Source of the DNA: Aquificota bacterium
GTDB lineage: Bacteria > Aquificota > Aquificia > Aquificales > QOAS01
Reading direction: 5' to 3'
Assembly: GCA_013153315.1 (NCBI GenBank)
Contig: JAADES010000048.1
Coordinates: 812 to 64,811, forward strand
Length of the DNA: 64,000 nt
A program made the translations under genes and the position numbers. Positions 60,390-64,000 of this stretch are shown here, one piece after another (positions within the stretch are counted from its first letter, which is position 1; the number at the start of each line of letters is the position of its first letter). The notes beneath the pieces are model-generated. The model made no database searches. It saw nothing but the letters and a program-made list of their open reading frames with translations, and had not been told where the DNA came from.

Positions 60390-61007
60390 ATGCACATTGT
60401 CAAGGCTTCAAAGGAGTTTATTCCCTTGGGCGTAAATCTTTTGAGTAAAGACCTCGTAGGGGTTTTTCCCACCGATACCCTTTACGGTATATGCTCCAAT
60501 GCCCTTTCCCCAAAGGCGGTGGAAAAAATTTATACCCTCAAGTGGAGAAATCCCAAAAAACCCCTCATAGTGTTGATTTCTTCTCTTCACCAATTGGGGG
60601 AATACTTCGGGATAAAAAACCTACCAAAGGAGGTTGAAAAAATATTCCTCCTTTCGGAACCTATATCCGTCCTTTTGGAGGTTAAAGGTTTTGATTGGAT
60701 AAGCCGCGGTGGGAAATTTATAGCTTTTAGACTGGTAAAAAAAGGTTTTATTAAAGAGTTCATAGACGCTTTCGGTAAACCTTTGGTAGCTCCCAGTGCC
60801 AATTGGGAGGGTTATCCTCCTGCCAAGGATGTTTTCCAAGCCTTTAACTACTTCGGGGGCGGGGTTTCTATCTATTACAACGGAGGGGTTTTAAAAGGTT
60901 CTCCCTCCACCTTGGTTAGGGTAGATAAAGGGAAAATAGAAGTCCTCCGAAAGGGGGCTTTATCTACAAAAACCCTCGAAAGTTTAATAAAAGCTAAAAA
61001 CGCTTAA
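60390..61007 (+). CDS. tsaC: L-threonylcarbamoyladenylate synthase, YrdC/TsaC type
   Basis: 205 aa. 'VGVFPTDTLYGICSNA', 'KWRNPKKPLIVLI', 'APSANWEG', 'GSPSTLVRV'. Confidence 0.8.
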   Translation: MHIVKASKEFIPLGVNLLSKDLVGVFPTDTLYGICSNALSPKAVEKIYTLKWRNPKKPLIVLISSLHQLGEYFGIKNLPKEVEKIFLLSEPISVLLEVKGFDWISRGGKFIAFRLVKKGFIKEFIDAFGKPLVAPSANWEGYPPAKDVFQAFNYFGGGVSIYYNGGVLKGSPSTLVRVDKGKIEVLRKGALSTKTLESLIKAKNA

Positions 61008-61135
61008 AGGTTTTTAAAAATAGAATTTTCCCTCCTTGGGGTTTGTTAAATTTAAGGTTTCCACTTGGGGGTATTAAGCTGGTTGACATCGGCCACTATA
61101 ATACTTTTTTCAATTTTTAAAAAGGAGGTAAAACC

Positions 61136-61645
61136 ATGATTGTTTCCGAAATCGACCTTTACAACCTTTTAAAGGATAAACTGGGCGAAGAAGAGGCCAA
61201 ACAGTTGGTTGAATTCCTTAAACAAGAAGCCCAAAGCGAGGTTAGACTGGTTGCGGAAGAAATCCTTCAAAAAATAGAGGAAGCCCTAAAGGAAATTAAA
61301 GAAATCGACGAAAAGGCTTTGGAAGAAATTAAAGAGGTTCTAAAGGTATCCCTCGAAGAAACCAAAGAAGAAGTGGTTAAAACCGTAGACGAAAAGGTTA
61401 AAGCCATCGAAGGTAAATTGGCAAAAATAGAAACCCTAACCGAAAAACTTGAAAGCATCGAAAGTAAGCTAACCGAAATAGACAACAAATTGGAAGAGAT
61501 TAAAGGAAGAACCGGCGGTGTTAAAGGTTTGATGTTCTTCCTATGGTTGTTGTTGGCCGGTATGATTATATTCAACATATTGCTAAATATTCCCGCCACC
61601 CAAAAGCTAATTATCGGTGCGGTATCGGGCGGACAAGGTGGCTAA
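61136..61645 (+). CDS. E/K-rich coiled-coil protein with a C-terminal transmembrane anchor (hypothetical)
   Basis: 169 aa. AAAGGAGG RBS. About 125 aa of coiled coil, then the TM segment 'LMFFLWLLLAGMIIFNILL'. Confidence 0.45.
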   Translation: MIVSEIDLYNLLKDKLGEEEAKQLVEFLKQEAQSEVRLVAEEILQKIEEALKEIKEIDEKALEEIKEVLKVSLEETKEEVVKTVDEKVKAIEGKLAKIETLTEKLESIESKLTEIDNKLEEIKGRTGGVKGLMFFLWLLLAGMIIFNILLNIPATQKLIIGAVSGGQGG

Positions 61646-61662
61646 TTGGCTCAAATAAAAGT

Positions 61663-62553
61663 TTAATTTTTTCCCTTTTTGTGTTTTTTATTCCTAAAAA
61701 ATCCCTTAGGGAGTCTTTTAAAAATTTCCCAAAACATTTTAGGTTTCAATAAAAGTTTGGGATTTTCCTCCAATAGGCGTATCAGATATTTTTTTCCGCA
61801 TTCAGGTTTTGTGAATCGATAACATTGTTCCGCGGCGTGGAAAAGCATTAAAGGTTTCCATTTAGGGGGTATCAAAGGCAGATAATCTTCGATAACCCTT
61901 AAGGTTGCTTCCAAAAATTGCGGGTTGTTTTTTGAACTCCTCAAAGGGTGTTCCCTAATCCAATATTCCCTTTGGAGGTTTAAACCTAATATTTTCCCCG
62001 CAACATAAAACCTAAGAAATATTTCCCAATCTTCCCTGTGGAGGTAGATATCTTTATAACCCCCTAAGGAAATAAAAGTTTCCCTTTTAAAACAGCTTCC
62101 CGAGGGGTAGCCTACCCTTCCCGAAAATAGGAGTTCCTCCAAACTTTCCCTGATAGGTTTTTTCTTTTTTATAACCTTTCCCTCTTCATTTATAAAACCT
62201 TTAGGAGGGGTAAAAATTGCTTCCACCTTGGGGTTTTGTTGTAAATATTTTTCCACCGAGGCTAAATAGTTTTCCTCCCAAAAGTCGTCGCAATCCAAAA
62301 AACAGACCCACGGGGTTTTAAGTTCTTCCACACCGCGGTTTCTCGAATATACCCGTTCCATATTTCGGGGATTTTTAATTAATTGAAAGTTGTATTCCTT
62401 TTGAAGCTTTTTCAGAATATCCAAACTCCTATCGGTGGAAGCATCGTCTACCACCACCACCTGCTCGGGTTTTAAAGTTTGGGAAAAGACCCTCTTTATG
62501 GTTATCTCTATAAATTTTTCACAATTAAAGTTTGTAATAACAACACCGAACAT
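61663..62553 (-). CDS. family 2 glycosyltransferase
   Basis: 296 aa. 'FGVVITNFNCEKFI', 'VVVVDDASTDRS', 'FLDCDDFW' (DxD). Confidence 0.8.
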   Translation of the reverse strand: MFGVVITNFNCEKFIEITIKRVFSQTLKPEQVVVVDDASTDRSLDILKKLQKEYNFQLIKNPRNMERVYSRNRGVEELKTPWVCFLDCDDFWEENYLASVEKYLQQNPKVEAIFTPPKGFINEEGKVIKKKKPIRESLEELLFSGRVGYPSGSCFKRETFISLGGYKDIYLHREDWEIFLRFYVAGKILGLNLQREYWIREHPLRSSKNNPQFLEATLRVIEDYLPLIPPKWKPLMLFHAAEQCYRFTKPECGKKYLIRLLEENPKLLLKPKMFWEIFKRLPKGFFRNKKHKKGKN

Positions 62554-62572
62554 AAAAAAGCAAATTTAAAAA

Positions 62573-63403
62573 TTACAAAAGGAGGGGTTTTATATCTTTT
62601 TCCAAAATTTGGAGAATTTTTAAAGCCCGTAGGGAGGAATTTGGGTCGTAGGTTCCATTAAGGACATCTTCGACCATTTCCAAAAGTTTGTCCTTATCCT
62701 TCCTTTGGGCGGTTATCTTGGAATTTTCTATTCTCCTTTCGTTGAGGAAATCTAAAAATACTGAACCTTTGGAAGTTTCTATTAGCCAATTTCTTTGAAC
62801 CTCTCGGGGATAGTTCCAAGCCACCTCCAAAACAAAGGGAGTTTTATAGTTATTTAATATCCCTTCGATGGAATAATGGTAATTTCCTTTTTTTTCTACC
62901 TTGGTAATAGAAAAATTCCCAAACAGATATAGAAGCAGATAAAAATCGTGCCAAGCTAAGTCCCAAATTGGGTTTATATAGCCCCTCCCGCGGTTTAGCC
63001 TTTTAATAATTACCTTTGTAGGTTTTTCAATTTTCAAACCCCTTAATGCGGCCGAATACCTTTCAATCTCCGAAACCCCTAAAGAGCTCTTTCCATATTT
63101 TTCCAAAAGGGTGGAAAACTCTTCCACACCAAGAGCGGGAGGTTTTTCCAAAAATACATAACAACCTTTGGAAAGGAAATAATCGGCAACCTCGGGGTGG
63201 TATTGGGGATTTATCGCTATAAAAACCTTTTTAGGGATTTCTTCTATTTGCTCCGGAGAGGTGTAGAAAGGATATCGGGAAAATTCTTTTTTAAGGTTTT
63301 CATTTGTATCCAACAGGAGGGGGGTTATACCCAATTGGAGGAACTTATTAAGGTATTTTCTTCCCATATTTCCGACACCGACAAGGAGGACTTTTTCGGA
63401 CAT
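62573..63403 (-). CDS. Gfo/Idh/MocA-family NAD(P)-dependent oxidoreductase
   Basis: 276 aa. Rossmann N-terminus 'VLLVGVGNMGRKYL' and 'VFLEKPPA'. Confidence 0.65.
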   Translation of the reverse strand: MSEKVLLVGVGNMGRKYLNKFLQLGITPLLLDTNENLKKEFSRYPFYTSPEQIEEIPKKVFIAINPQYHPEVADYFLSKGCYVFLEKPPALGVEEFSTLLEKYGKSSLGVSEIERYSAALRGLKIEKPTKVIIKRLNRGRGYINPIWDLAWHDFYLLLYLFGNFSITKVEKKGNYHYSIEGILNNYKTPFVLEVAWNYPREVQRNWLIETSKGSVFLDFLNERRIENSKITAQRKDKDKLLEMVEDVLNGTYDPNSSLRALKILQILEKDIKPLLL

Positions 63404-63457
63404 TGCAGGTTAAAGTTTAAGGAAGAAAACCTTTTAAGGAAAAGAAAGAAAAAACCT

Positions 63458-64000
63458 TTATAGTTCCAACAATTTTTTAATTTTTTCCTCGTTAGGTTTT
63501 TCTACAATACCCTTTTCGGTAATTATTGCATCTATTAGTTCAGCGGGAGTCACATCAAAACCGAGATGTAGGGCGTCGCTTTCATCGGGGGCAATCGAAC
63601 AGCCAAAACAGTTTTTAACCTCATCCGGAGAACGCTCTTCTATGGGAATTTCATCTCCATAAATTAGGTTGGGGTCGAAGGTCGATAGGGGGGCGGCTAC
63701 ATAGAAAGGTATTTTGTGCTCTTTCGCCAAAACCGCCAAGCTGTAGGTTCCTATTTTGTTGGCGGTATCGCCCCGTAGGGTGATACGGTCGGCCCCCACT
63801 ATCACCGCATCTACGAGGCCTTTTTTCATTAAAAAGCCGGCCGTGTTGTCGGTTATTATCTTGTGGGGGATTCCTTCCTTTACCAACTCCCAGGCGGTTA
63901 ACCTTGCCCCCTGTAGGTAGGGGCGGGTTTCATCTACCCATACAAAGATATTATTCCCATTGTAGTGGGCACTGCGGATTACCCCAAGGGCGGTTCCCCA
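63458..64000 (-). CDS. mtnA: methylthioribose-1-phosphate isomerase / eIF-2B-like family protein (5' end outside the window)
   Basis: The frame stays open to position 64000: '...[52 protein letters not shown] ... [21 protein letters not shown]'. Confidence 0.8.
   Translation of the reverse strand, partial: WGTALGVIRSAHYNGNNIFVWVDETRPYLQGARLTAWELVKEGIPHKIITDNTAGFLMKKGLVDAVIVGADRITLRGDTANKIGTYSLAVLAKEHKIPFYVAAPLSTFDPNLIYGDEIPIEERSPDEVKNCFGCSIAPDESDALHLGFDVTPAELIDAIITEKGIVEKPNEEKIKKLLEL

Overview
The window is about 90% coding and consists almost entirely of dispersed housekeeping genes. By inference it comes from a thermophilic, deep-branching bacterium resembling Aquificota: one motA followed by two tandem motB paralogs, a fragmented leuS, a ClpB of more than 1000 aa, E/K-rich proteins, and pathway genes scattered as singletons. 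Confident calls include nadE, mdh, pth, gatB, a ubiD-family gene, glnA, dxs, leuA, dnaK, clpB, der, a pycB/oadA-type carboxylase subunit, rpsA, ftsY, flhF/flhG, argG, panC, purD, rsmA, rsmG, hisG, glyQ, hup, tsaC and a partial mtnA. I saw no rRNA, tRNA, CRISPR array, transposase, integrase or prophage block. There is no obvious multi-gene accessory island, so the unusual items are local. (1) A leuS frame stops after 367 codons inside the editing region. An orphan cas2-like gene lies 21 bp upstream of it, and a triple-hairpin element precedes that gene. (2) An adjacent prefoldin alpha/beta-like gene pair, a chaperone normally found in archaea and eukaryotes. (3) An AT-rich 960-aa secreted cysteine-rich protein whose vWA/MIDAS motifs are split by an insertion of about 480 aa. 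(4) Two tandem bulged stem-loops with conserved flanks and differing stems, directly upstream of an ArsB/NhaD-family permease. (5) Three oversized or oddly structured intergenic regions (7623-8114, 43838-43990, 47798-48128) that may hold small RNAs or micro-ORFs. All functional calls come from reading the translated ORFs for family motifs. No database search was possible.
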